Below are positions 1-7,612 of a DNA stretch of 39,733 nt, in pieces. Origin of the DNA: a virus. How positions within the stretch are numbered: the first letter of the stretch is position 1; every line of letters begins with the position of its first letter. The notes below the pieces were generated by a model. The model did no database searches, was not told the DNA's origin, and was given only the letters and a program-made list of their open reading frames with translations. Location of the stretch: positions 1 through 39,733 of IMG/VR virus record IMGVR_UViG_3300045988_046012; one strand, given 5' to 3'. The position numbers and the translations under genes are program-made.

Positions 1-99
1 ATTTTTTTTGTGACAATCCGGTGCTGGCGCGGATTGCTTTAATTTGTTCCGATGGAGTCATATCTCACCATCCTTAAGCCACTTGTTGACATACTCAAC
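1..99. repeat. Terminal direct repeat, copy 1 (identical to 39635-39733); circular-assembly overlap or terminal redundancy
   Basis: Hand alignment: a+8T+gtgacaatccggtgctggcgcgg...catactcaac is present at both window ends, 99/99 identical. Confidence 0.95.
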
Positions 100-249
100 T
101 ACAGTATCCATATCAATATCATCCAGATCGTCATCATCTTCGGACAGCCCCACCCCTGCAAGGATTTGTTGGGCATCCTCCAGCGAGACCCGGGAAATGT
201 CTGCGGGTAATTTATCGTAGATGGTTAGCGCTACATCGTAGTCAGTCAT
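58..249 (-). CDS. Small, very acidic protein (63 aa), first gene of an operator-controlled operon; candidate anti-defence protein
   Basis: ORF track; strong SD on the minus strand (caaGGAGGaaacaaaaATG); run of D/E (SEDDDDLDDIDMD); stop overlaps the start of the HTH gene by 4 nt (ATGA) once the contig is circularised. Confidence 0.8.
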   Translation of the reverse strand: MTDYDVALTIYDKLPADISRVSLEDAQQILAGVGLSEDDDDLDDIDMDTVVEYVNKWLKDGEI

Positions 250-292
250 TTTTGTTTCCTCCTTGTATTAAGTATCTCCATTAACTGTCTTT

Positions 293-321
293 ATTATACT
301 ACACATGTGTGTAGTTGTCAA
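293..321 (-). promoter_or_regulatory. Sigma-70-type promoter with palindromic operator in the spacer (copy 1)
   Basis: Minus strand reads TTGACA (316-321), 17-nt spacer, TATAAT (293-298). The spacer holds the inverted repeat CTACACA-tg-TGTGTAG (299-314). Same architecture as 39456-39484. Confidence 0.75.
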
Positions 322-416
322 GCATCGAATGATATTTTTAAGAGATTTTTATGGGATTTTTCCCGCATGGTGGATTTACCAGAAATTTGGTACGGTATAG
401 GCAGGAGGTGGGGCAA

Positions 417-794
417 ATGTGGCGCTCTTACAACGCAAACCCAGACCGAGAAAATGTTGGAGACTGCGTTATCAGATCCATTTGCGCCGCAGAAAAATTG
501 CCGTGGGAGGACACATACATAGGGATATGTGCCAAGGGCCTCCTGCTCCACGATTTGCCGTCAGCTAACCGCGTTTGGGGAGCGTATCTCAGGCAGAAGG
601 GCTATACACGACACGCCCTGCCAAACACATGCCCGGACTGCTACACTGTGGCAAACTTTGCGGCGGATCACCCAACCGGAACGTATGTTTTGGCGCTCCC
701 CGCCCATGTCGTATGCGTCCGTGATGGTGACTGGATCGACACATGGGACAGCGGCGACGAGACACCCATCTACTATTGGACTAAGGAGGGATAG
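417..794 (+). CDS. Hypothetical protein, first gene of the accessory operon; possible Cys-His-Asp (papain-like) fold
   Basis: AGGAGG at 403-408, 8 nt before ATG 417 (internal Met of ORF 351..794). The pattern NVGDC ... AHVVCVRDG ... DTWDSG suggests a Cys/His/Asp triad; motif-level only. Confidence 0.7.
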   Translation: MWRSYNANPDRENVGDCVIRSICAAEKLPWEDTYIGICAKGLLLHDLPSANRVWGAYLRQKGYTRHALPNTCPDCYTVANFAADHPTGTYVLALPAHVVCVRDGDWIDTWDSGDETPIYYWTKEG

Positions 795-795
795 C

Positions 796-1209
796 ATGGC
801 CTATACACCATATGGCGGATATAATTTTGGCTACCAACCTAATATGTATCAGCCAATGCAGAGCCAACCCACGCAGGATCAGTTTGCACAGTACCGGCAG
901 AACCAGCAGCAGGGCATGATTTGGGTGCAGGGCGAGTCAGGGGCAAAAAGCTACCTTGTTTCCGCTGGATGTACTGTCCCCCTGTGGGACAGCGAAAATC
1001 AGACAGTCTACATCAAATCCTGCGATGCATCCGGCATGCCGTCGATGCGAATCATCGACTATACAGAGCGGGTACAGGCTCATGGTCAAGCTCCGGCGGC
1101 AGCTCCTAAACTGGAGTATGTAACACGGCAGGAGTATGACGCGCTCGCTGCCAGAGTAGACGCGCTGAGCAAAAAGGAGGCCACGCAGAATGCCGAACCC
1201 ACTGTTTAA
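796..1209 (+). CDS. Hypothetical protein with Q/N/Y-rich N-terminus
   Basis: AAGGAGGG 5 nt before ATG 796 (in frame of ORF 529..1209); starts right after the stop of the previous gene; low-complexity QPNMYQPMQSQPTQDQ then a globular part. Confidence 0.75.
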   Translation: MAYTPYGGYNFGYQPNMYQPMQSQPTQDQFAQYRQNQQQGMIWVQGESGAKSYLVSAGCTVPLWDSENQTVYIKSCDASGMPSMRIIDYTERVQAHGQAPAAAPKLEYVTRQEYDALAARVDALSKKEATQNAEPTV

Positions 1210-1414
1210 CGCCCTAGGCGGGAGCCAGATGCCCGGGCCACTGGGCAACTTTGCACAGATGATGCAGCAATTTCAGCAGTTTAAGGCAAACTTCCATGGA
1301 GACCCAAAAGCTGAGGTGCAAAAGCTGTTGCAATCCGGCAAAATGTCGCAGCAGCAATTAGACCAGCTCCAGGCGGCCGCGAAGCAGTTTCAGGCGTTGC
1401 TGGGTAATAAGTAA
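1190..1414 (+). CDS. Small Q-rich helical protein (74 aa)
   Basis: ORF track; GGAGG 1176-1180, 9 nt before the ATG; overlaps the previous gene end (translational coupling). Confidence 0.75.
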   Translation: MPNPLFNALGGSQMPGPLGNFAQMMQQFQQFKANFHGDPKAEVQKLLQSGKMSQQQLDQLQAAAKQFQALLGNK

Positions 1415-1466
1415 GCGATTCCGGCCGGAATTGAAATAAATCAAAATTTTGAAAGGGGGAGACATT

Positions 1467-2213
1467 ATGTCTCTGACAACTAGCGAGATGACCCCTGCTG
1501 ATATCGCGGCTGTGACCAACAACGGCGGCAATAGCGGCTGGGGATTCGGCGGCGACGGCGCATGGTGGATTATCATCCTGTTCTTGTTCGTTTTCTGCGG
1601 CTGGGGCGGCAATTGGGGCAACAGCGGTATGGGTGGCAACGGCGCGGGCGCCGTTGATGGCTATGTGCTGACCTCCGATTTTGCCAACATCGAGCGCAAG
1701 ATCGACAGTGTAAATCAGGGCCTTTGCGACGGATTTTATCAGCAGGCGCAGCTTGTCAACGGCACAAACATGGCGATGGCAAACGGCTTTGCACAGGCGG
1801 AGCTGTCCCGCTGCAACCAGCAGGCGGCGCTTATGCAGCAGCTTAACAACATGGCGATGCAGCAGGCTAATTGCTGCTGCGAGACCAGAGAGGCAATCCA
1901 GGGTGTAAATTACAACCTGGCAACCCAGAGCTGCGACACCCGCAACACTATCCAGAATACCACACGTGACATCATCGACGCGGTGAATTGCGGTTTCCGA
2001 AGCCTGGATCAGCGCCTGACCTCTCAGGAGATTGCGGCGAAGGACAGCAAGATTGCCGAGCAGAACCAGCAGCTTTTCGCGGCCCAGCTGGCAGCATCTC
2101 AGGCGGCGCAGAACAACTACCTGGTGTCTCAGCTCCGGCCTACCCCCATCCCGGCTTATGCATCCTGCAACCCCTGGGCTGCTGGATCGTATACCGGATG
2201 CGCCGGTTGCTAA
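1467..2213 (+). CDS. Membrane protein: G/N/W-rich N-terminus, one TM helix, Q/N-rich coiled region, Cys-rich C-terminal half
   Basis: SD aaGGGGGa 6 nt before ATG 1467 (the TTG 1449 start in the track is too close to the SD); hydrophobic WWIIILFLFVFCGW; motifs CCCETRE and C-terminal GCAGC. Confidence 0.75.
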   Translation: MSLTTSEMTPADIAAVTNNGGNSGWGFGGDGAWWIIILFLFVFCGWGGNWGNSGMGGNGAGAVDGYVLTSDFANIERKIDSVNQGLCDGFYQQAQLVNGTNMAMANGFAQAELSRCNQQAALMQQLNNMAMQQANCCCETREAIQGVNYNLATQSCDTRNTIQNTTRDIIDAVNCGFRSLDQRLTSQEIAAKDSKIAEQNQQLFAAQLAASQAAQNNYLVSQLRPTPIPAYASCNPWAAGSYTGCAGC

Positions 2214-2317
2214 CTGCATAGAGATCAACTGTTCGGGATTCCCGGACTGTTCGGCTCCTGCCGATAATGATTACGCGGCGGGGATCACACCCCGCCGCTT
2301 TTTGAAAGGAGAAAAAA

Positions 2318-2740
2318 ATGGCCGAGTACACAAATAGCAACGTTGTGGCGGTAGCTGCTGGTCAAAACGTACCGCTGACGGAGACCGCTGTAGCTGGGAA
2401 ATCCTGCGTAGTGCACCGGGAAGGCGCTGGTATTGTCACACTGCGTGGCCTGACAAATCAGTGCAAGGCCCGGTATAAGGTCAGCTTTGGCGGCAATATC
2501 GCCGTTCCTACCGGCGGCACTGTTGAGGCAATCACCGCAGCCCTGGCGGTTAACGGGGAGGCACTGGCTAGCACCACGGCTACCGTTACCCCTGCGGCGG
2601 TGGAGAACTATTTTAACGTCTATGTTGCGGCATTTGTCGAGGTGCCGCGTGGCTGCTGCGTAACCGTTGCGGCGAGAAATACTAGCACCCAGACGATCAA
2701 TTTTGCCAATAGCAATCTGATTATTGAGCGTGTGGCATAA
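2318..2740 (+). CDS. Hypothetical beta-rich protein (140 aa); reminiscent of BclA C-terminal / C1q-TNF-like jelly-roll domains
   Basis: SD gaaAGGAGaaaaaaATG; alternating beta-like pattern, no repeats; the similarity is recollection-level only. Confidence 0.7.
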   Translation: MAEYTNSNVVAVAAGQNVPLTETAVAGKSCVVHREGAGIVTLRGLTNQCKARYKVSFGGNIAVPTGGTVEAITAALAVNGEALASTTATVTPAAVENYFNVYVAAFVEVPRGCCVTVAARNTSTQTINFANSNLIIERVA

Positions 2741-2754
2741 GGGAGGGATATATA

Positions 2755-3159
2755 ATGAGTATGCAGGCAATGGACGAGCTGCGGGAAATGCTCTGCAAAG
2801 AGCTGGACGAGATCAGCCGGAAGGGCGAGCTTGGAGCTGGTGACCTAGATATCGTGCACAAGCTGACCGATACCATCAAAAATATTGACAAAATCGAGAT
2901 GCTGGAAGATGACGGTTATAGCCGTGACGGCGCATGGGAGGCCGACATGCGCGGCAACTATGGGCGCGGCAATAGCTACGCCAGTCGCCGGGGAACCCAT
3001 TATGTTAAGGGACATTATAGCCGTCGTGGGACTGACGGCTATAGCCGTACCGACAGCATTGAGGCATTCCGAGACCGTGCGCGGGAGATGATGCGGAACG
3101 CAACCGGCGAAGAACGCGAAGTGCTCCAGCGCTGCGTGGACGCTCTGGATCGGGCATAG
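2755..3159 (+). CDS. Hypothetical protein with helical ends and a central G/Y/S/R-rich low-complexity segment
   Basis: SD aaGGGAGGgatatataATG; central segment DGYSRDGAWEADMRGNYGRGNSYASRRGTHYVKGHYSRRGTDGYSR. Confidence 0.75.
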   Translation: MSMQAMDELREMLCKELDEISRKGELGAGDLDIVHKLTDTIKNIDKIEMLEDDGYSRDGAWEADMRGNYGRGNSYASRRGTHYVKGHYSRRGTDGYSRTDSIEAFRDRAREMMRNATGEEREVLQRCVDALDRA

Positions 3160-3173
3160 CCCAGGAGGGGCGT

Positions 3174-3482
3174 ATGCTTGATTTGGACGAGATTAACGCC
3201 GCCATCCAGGAACTGGAAAACGGCGAAACCACCCTAGCAAACTGCTCCAAACTAGCTACACTGCACACAGTAAGAGATCATCTAATAGAGACCGACTATG
3301 CGCCGTACTCCTATGCTTCTGCACCAGTGGTGGCCGTTTCTGGTGATAGCGATTTTTTACGTACCATTTTGGGCCGCGACAATCAGGCAGTGATGGATAT
3401 CATGGATGATCTCATGGATACGCTCAGGGTATCAATGCCCAAAGCGTATCGCAGCGTGATGGAGCGACTGCGGAGCATATAA
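3174..3482 (+). CDS. Hypothetical protein, last gene of the accessory operon
   Basis: SD ccAGGAGGggcgtATG; followed directly by a terminator hairpin. Confidence 0.75.
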   Translation: MLDLDEINAAIQELENGETTLANCSKLATLHTVRDHLIETDYAPYSYASAPVVAVSGDSDFLRTILGRDNQAVMDIMDDLMDTLRVSMPKAYRSVMERLRSI

Positions 3483-3484
3483 GT

Positions 3485-3508
3485 AGAGGGGCGGATAACC
3501 GCCCCTCT
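3485..3508. terminator. GC-rich hairpin, bidirectional terminator between the accessory operon and the integrase gene
   Basis: agaggggcgg-ataa-ccgcccctct, perfect 10-bp stem, followed by attatttgg. Confidence 0.75.
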
Positions 3509-3545
3509 ATTATTTGGTTATAATTAACTGTGAGCACACCAAAGG

Positions 3546-4871
3546 TTAAATATAGCCAGCTAATTCAAAATTTATTTCGCCGTCGTTGCTGACGGAGATT
3601 TTTTTAACGGTACGCCTCCAAAACTCACGACGCTCTGACGGCTCTAAACTGCCGTAAACATCCATCGTGGATTTTAATGCATCTACATCTATTTGCTCCT
3701 TTTCTTCCGGCTCCGGGGCTTCTAGCTGCTTCCTGAGCGATGTGTAGTCCTTTGCGTATACGTCGCGCTCTATCAAGTCGGACAGGTACAGATCTTTTAG
3801 TTTTTTCATTTTGCGCTTTATCGCCGCCTTGTCTACAGTTTGCTGATTGGATGCGTTCTGTTGGGCGATCTCTACATTATAGTTGATGCATCCGGATATG
3901 ATGTGATCTACCATGTACTGCTCCAGATCCTTTTCGCGCTCCCGGCGGCGATGGACGCAGGAGCGGCCTGCATAGCTCGGACACTTGTAGTACACGTATT
4001 CGCCGCCGTGGACGTGGGACATGGTGACGGACAGGCGACGGCCACACTCGGCGCAGAACACTATGCCGGTGAATAGATATATATGCTTTTGCGTAAAATC
4101 TCCGCTGTGACGGGTGGAACGTTCTGCCATGATGGACTGAGCAAGGGCAAAATCCTGCGGTGGGACGATGGGCGGGTATAACTGCTCACCGTTATCCGCA
4201 ACGCCAATATACCGCTTATTTTTGAGCATCTGCTTTGTGTTTTTGTAGGAGCGGGTGATACCATACTCGGATAGGAGATAGCGCCCAGTTGAGGTGACAG
4301 ACTGAGTGGCGATAAAGTGCCTGAACACATCTCGGACAACAGGGGCGGTTTCTGGGTCTTCCGTTAGCTTCCCTTTGACGATTTTTAGTCCAAGCGGTTG
4401 CGTGCCGTGATGGCACAAACCATTCTCCCGCTTATTTTTGTTTATGGTTTTGATTCGCTCAGATGTACGGTCAGCCTCTGACTCCGCGACCGATAGCATA
4501 ATGTTGACCTTAAATCTTCCGGCGCTGGTTTCTGTCTCATACTCCTCCTCAATCGTTTTCCAGCAGACGCGGTGCTCGTCCAAAACGTCCTGAACTTTAT
4601 AATATTCTTTGACATTTCTGAACCACCGGTCTAGCTTGGTAAATACAATCATCTCAATTTTACCAGCTCTAACATCGTTCAAAAGCCGCTGCAAATCCGG
4701 ACGCTTTGATGCTGGCTTTCTGGCTGATACTCCGGCGTCAACGTACACGCCCACTATCGTATGATGGTTTTCGTTTGCCCATTTTTTCAAATTTTCCTGC
4801 TGCACCCCGATTGACAAGCCGTGTATGGCCTGCTCCTCTGTGGACACTCGCGCATACAGCGCCACACGCAT
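3546..4871 (-). CDS. int: Large serine recombinase (phage integrase)
   Basis: N-terminal resolvase motif MRVALYARVSTEEQ, recombinase domain, Cys-rich zinc-ribbon region (CAECGRRL ... YYKCPS), C-terminal coiled coil; 441 aa. Confidence 0.9.
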   Translation of the reverse strand: MRVALYARVSTEEQAIHGLSIGVQQENLKKWANENHHTIVGVYVDAGVSARKPASKRPDLQRLLNDVRAGKIEMIVFTKLDRWFRNVKEYYKVQDVLDEHRVCWKTIEEEYETETSAGRFKVNIMLSVAESEADRTSERIKTINKNKRENGLCHHGTQPLGLKIVKGKLTEDPETAPVVRDVFRHFIATQSVTSTGRYLLSEYGITRSYKNTKQMLKNKRYIGVADNGEQLYPPIVPPQDFALAQSIMAERSTRHSGDFTQKHIYLFTGIVFCAECGRRLSVTMSHVHGGEYVYYKCPSYAGRSCVHRRREREKDLEQYMVDHIISGCINYNVEIAQQNASNQQTVDKAAIKRKMKKLKDLYLSDLIERDVYAKDYTSLRKQLEAPEPEEKEQIDVDALKSTMDVYGSLEPSERREFWRRTVKKISVSNDGEINFELAGYI

Positions 4872-5036
4872 ATTTATTCCTCCTTGATTTTATGGAGGGC
4901 CTGCGCTATAATAATTGTGCAGATTCCTCCAAATTGGGTTCTCCCTTTTTACTCCCCGATATCTGCGTAATGCCCTCGGTGCTCGGTACACCGGGGGCAT
5001 TTTTGTTTTTTTGAGGGCTAACCTTTTCGTTCTCCC

Positions 5037-5552
5037 TCATTGCTGGATTATCCCAATGTTTGGGTGCATGCGATCCCATATCAAATAAGACAGTAGCCCG
5101 GCAGCAACCAATATAAGCAGCAACGTGGCGATAGCTGCCCAGGTTATCATGATCTTTATCGTCTTAGACTTTCGCTTTATTTCTGCCTGCTGCTCCTCTA
5201 TGGTGGATTGCATGTGACTGATTCGCTCGGTGCGGTCTACGATCCCCTGCTGACGCTCTTTGTCTATCTCTTCGCGGGCAGCCAGCATAACCCTTAGTGC
5301 CTCTATGTTTTCCTGCGGTACGGTGTCTGGATTATATGCATCTCCGATGACCGCACGGGCAATTGCCTGGATCGTTGCAGGCCTGCATTGCTCGGCTGAT
5401 TCTATCGGAGCTGTCATGACCTTCTGGACGGTGGCTTTGCACACAGACTCCCCAGCTAATTCACAAGCATCTACAATCTGCTGGTATGTAATTCCCTTTT
5501 TATCTCTCATGGTTCGGATTTTCCGAATCAACTCGGCTTGATTCGGGGACAC
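5037..5552 (-). CDS. Membrane-anchored HTH regulator (N-terminal HTH, coiled coil, C-terminal TM helix)
   Basis: ORF track; KKGITYQQIVDACELAGESVCKATVQKV is HTH-like; hydrophobic C-terminus ITWAAIATLLLILVAAGLLSYLIW. Confidence 0.75.
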   Translation of the reverse strand: MSPNQAELIRKIRTMRDKKGITYQQIVDACELAGESVCKATVQKVMTAPIESAEQCRPATIQAIARAVIGDAYNPDTVPQENIEALRVMLAAREEIDKERQQGIVDRTERISHMQSTIEEQQAEIKRKSKTIKIMITWAAIATLLLILVAAGLLSYLIWDRMHPNIGIIQQ

Positions 5553-5767
5553 GATTTACCACCTCTTTTGTAAAATAGCACCAAAATAGTGCAATTATAG
5601 TACAAAAACATAGTTGAAATAGTATAAAAATGGTATTGCGTGGAAACGAAAACCGTGCTACTATGGTTTCAGCAAAGCACTGCGGGAGGTGAGCGACATG
5701 ACGCAGTGCCATGAGGATTACCCACCGCCGGAGGTGGAACAATTTATCAAACGACGCAGAAAACCAA

Positions 5768-6268
5768 TTAAAGATAGGAGTTGCTGGTAGTAGTGATCGG
5801 CTTGCTCTTGCAATAGGGCCGGAGATTTTCCCACAGGTAGCTCCCGGCAAGCGATCCTTCCGGCACCTCAAATACGATGGTATTTGCAGTTCCAGGCGCG
5901 GACTGCGGCTCGTAATTGAGAATAAAACAATCCACGTTTTTTTTGGCCTTGCTTTTAGTGCTGCCGATGATGGAGCCGACGATTGCCCCAGTGTCACCAA
6001 ACAGCAACCCACCGGCTACCGCCATACCAAGGGAGCGATTTCCAGCGTTTTGGATGTCCTGAGATTTTACAACGCCGCAACTAACAACCTGCTTGAGCTT
6101 CAGACGGCTGACGCTGCTTGACCCTTTGCCGGTAATAACCAATTCCTTGTTGTACATATCAAATACAACCTTTAGTTGCTGCCACTGGGACATCCCGGGC
6201 AAGCCCGATATGTGATTAAAATAGTATGTCGGGCGACGATCCGTGTTTTGATTGTTAAATAAGCCCAT
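5768..6268 (-). CDS. Hypothetical protein with a central glycine-zipper segment, located in the lysogeny module
   Basis: ORF track; SD on the minus strand (aacaaGGAGGaatcaatcATG); segment GMAVAGGLLFGDTGAIVGSIIG. Confidence 0.7.
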   Translation of the reverse strand: MGLFNNQNTDRRPTYYFNHISGLPGMSQWQQLKVVFDMYNKELVITGKGSSSVSRLKLKQVVSCGVVKSQDIQNAGNRSLGMAVAGGLLFGDTGAIVGSIIGSTKSKAKKNVDCFILNYEPQSAPGTANTIVFEVPEGSLAGSYLWENLRPYCKSKPITTTSNSYL

Positions 6269-6541
6269 GATTGATTCCTCCTTGTTTCTGATAAAATAAT
6301 TTTACCAAAAACAGAGAATTTTATCAAGGGCAAAAGAGCACGAAGGGAGAGAACGCGATTGTGCAAATTGTCAAAATGTCCTGATGTTACACACAACCTT
6401 GTCTAGACCTTGACTTAACTACCCGATGTTATCCAAGCGTTTATCCAAGCCACACCATTTTGTTGGCATCAACAGAATGGTAAACTGGTCGATTTCGACC
6501 AGTTTACATTGCCCGAATATACAATAAATAAGGAGGCACGT

Positions 6542-6664
6542 ATGGAAGAGGAATACAGAGACGAAATTAAGACGTTGGTCGACCAATGCGAAAACGAGCG
6601 GGATTTGTACCTGATTTGGTTATATGCCCAACATAGGGCAGAAAAGCATATGGGAAAAAAATAA
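6542..6664 (+). CDS. Small hypothetical protein (40 aa)
   Basis: Below the ORF-track size cut-off. AAGGAGG 6 nt before ATG 6542; reads MEEEYRDEIKTLVDQCENERDLYLIWLYAQHRAEKHMGKK; ends at the left half of a disrupted terminator. Confidence 0.5.
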   Translation: MEEEYRDEIKTLVDQCENERDLYLIWLYAQHRAEKHMGKK

Positions 6665-6724
6665 AATAAGGGAGCGGCTCTGATATGTACCCAGTTTACT
6701 GGACACTTTTATTGAATTGAACAA

Positions 6725-7612
6725 TTAACATTCCATCATGGATGCTTCCCGAAACTTAGAGGGAGGCATCCATTTTGTTTTCGCTTGGATTCGTCTGTTA
6801 TTGTAGTAGTCAATATACTCCGCAATTGTATTCTGAAAGGCTTCAAAGGACGGATACTCCTTCTCAAAGCCATAGAACATTTCGTTTTTCAGTCTGCCAA
6901 AGAATGTTTCCATGATGCAATTATCATAGCAGTTGCCCTTCCGGGACATGGATTGAATTACACCGTGATTCGCAAGTTCATTCCTATAAAACTCATGCTG
7001 GTATTGCCAGCCCTGATCCGAGTGCATGATCAGCCCCTGCACGGAAGGAAATCGCTGAAACGCTTTCGCCAGCATATCCTTGATCTGCTCCAGGTTTGGA
7101 CTGAGGGAAAGATTATAAGAAATGATCTCGTTTGTGTTCATGTCCAAAATCGGAGAGAGATAGCATTTGCCCCATGAAAGATTGAATTGTGAAACATCGG
7201 TTGTCCACTTTTGCAGCGGCCTCTTTGTACTGAAATCTCTATTGATGATATTAGCAGCAACTTTGCCAACTTCGCCCTTATAAGAATGATATTTTTCTTT
7301 CGGGCGCTTCCCCAGCAAGCCCAACTGGTGCATGATCCGCTGAACGCGTTTATGATTGACCTGATGACCGCGGCTCAGAAGCGCCTGATGCACCCGCCTT
7401 ACACCGTATCTTCCCTTGTTTTCGGCAAAAATGGACGATATTTCTGCGGATAACTCACTATTCCGCTCTTGAACCTTGTCTTTCTTGCTGATTTCATAGT
7501 AGTAGGTCGATCTGGAAAGGCCTAATGCTTCCAGCAAGTATTTCAGGGCATATCCTTCTTCACGGAGTTCTTTGACGAGCGTTGCTTTTTCGCCTTGAGT
7601 TGCTCTGCCCAT
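6725..7612 (-). CDS. IS3-family transposase OrfB (DDE / rve integrase core)
   Basis: ORF track; motifs WTTDVS, HSDQGWQY, NCYDNCIMETFFGRLKNE are typical of IS3 OrfB; probably made as an OrfAB fusion by -1 frameshift. Confidence 0.9.
   Translation of the reverse strand: MGRATQGEKATLVKELREEGYALKYLLEALGLSRSTYYYEISKKDKVQERNSELSAEISSIFAENKGRYGVRRVHQALLSRGHQVNHKRVQRIMHQLGLLGKRPKEKYHSYKGEVGKVAANIINRDFSTKRPLQKWTTDVSQFNLSWGKCYLSPILDMNTNEIISYNLSLSPNLEQIKDMLAKAFQRFPSVQGLIMHSDQGWQYQHEFYRNELANHGVIQSMSRKGNCYDNCIMETFFGRLKNEMFYGFEKEYPSFEAFQNTIAEYIDYYNNRRIQAKTKWMPPSKFREASMMEC

Noticed and set aside
58-249. Type II toxin-antitoxin pair (first gene toxin, HTH antitoxin)
   Set aside because: The first product is extremely acidic, has no nuclease or kinase-like motifs, and is the same size as the HTH. 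An anti-defence/regulator pairing fits better, although TA-like behaviour is not excluded.
351-416. Upstream extension of the first accessory gene (track start at 351)
   Set aside because: The AGGAGG at 403-408 is positioned for ATG 417. The upstream part has no SD and lies in the promoter and leader region.
1281-2228. 315-aa minus-strand ORF antisense to the accessory operon. Similar cases: 10440..11405, 26357..27550, 27845..28963 and 37515..38600.
   Set aside because: These are shadow ORFs opposite well-supported genes in GC-rich sequence. They have no SD, Arg/Pro/Ala-rich nonsense composition, and they cross several plus-strand gene boundaries.
5698-5790. 30-codon plus-strand ORF with GGAGG 8 nt upstream, between the two lysogeny-module genes
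   Set aside because: It is very short and overlaps the 3' end of 5768..6268 on the opposite strand. No supporting feature could be seen beyond the SD.
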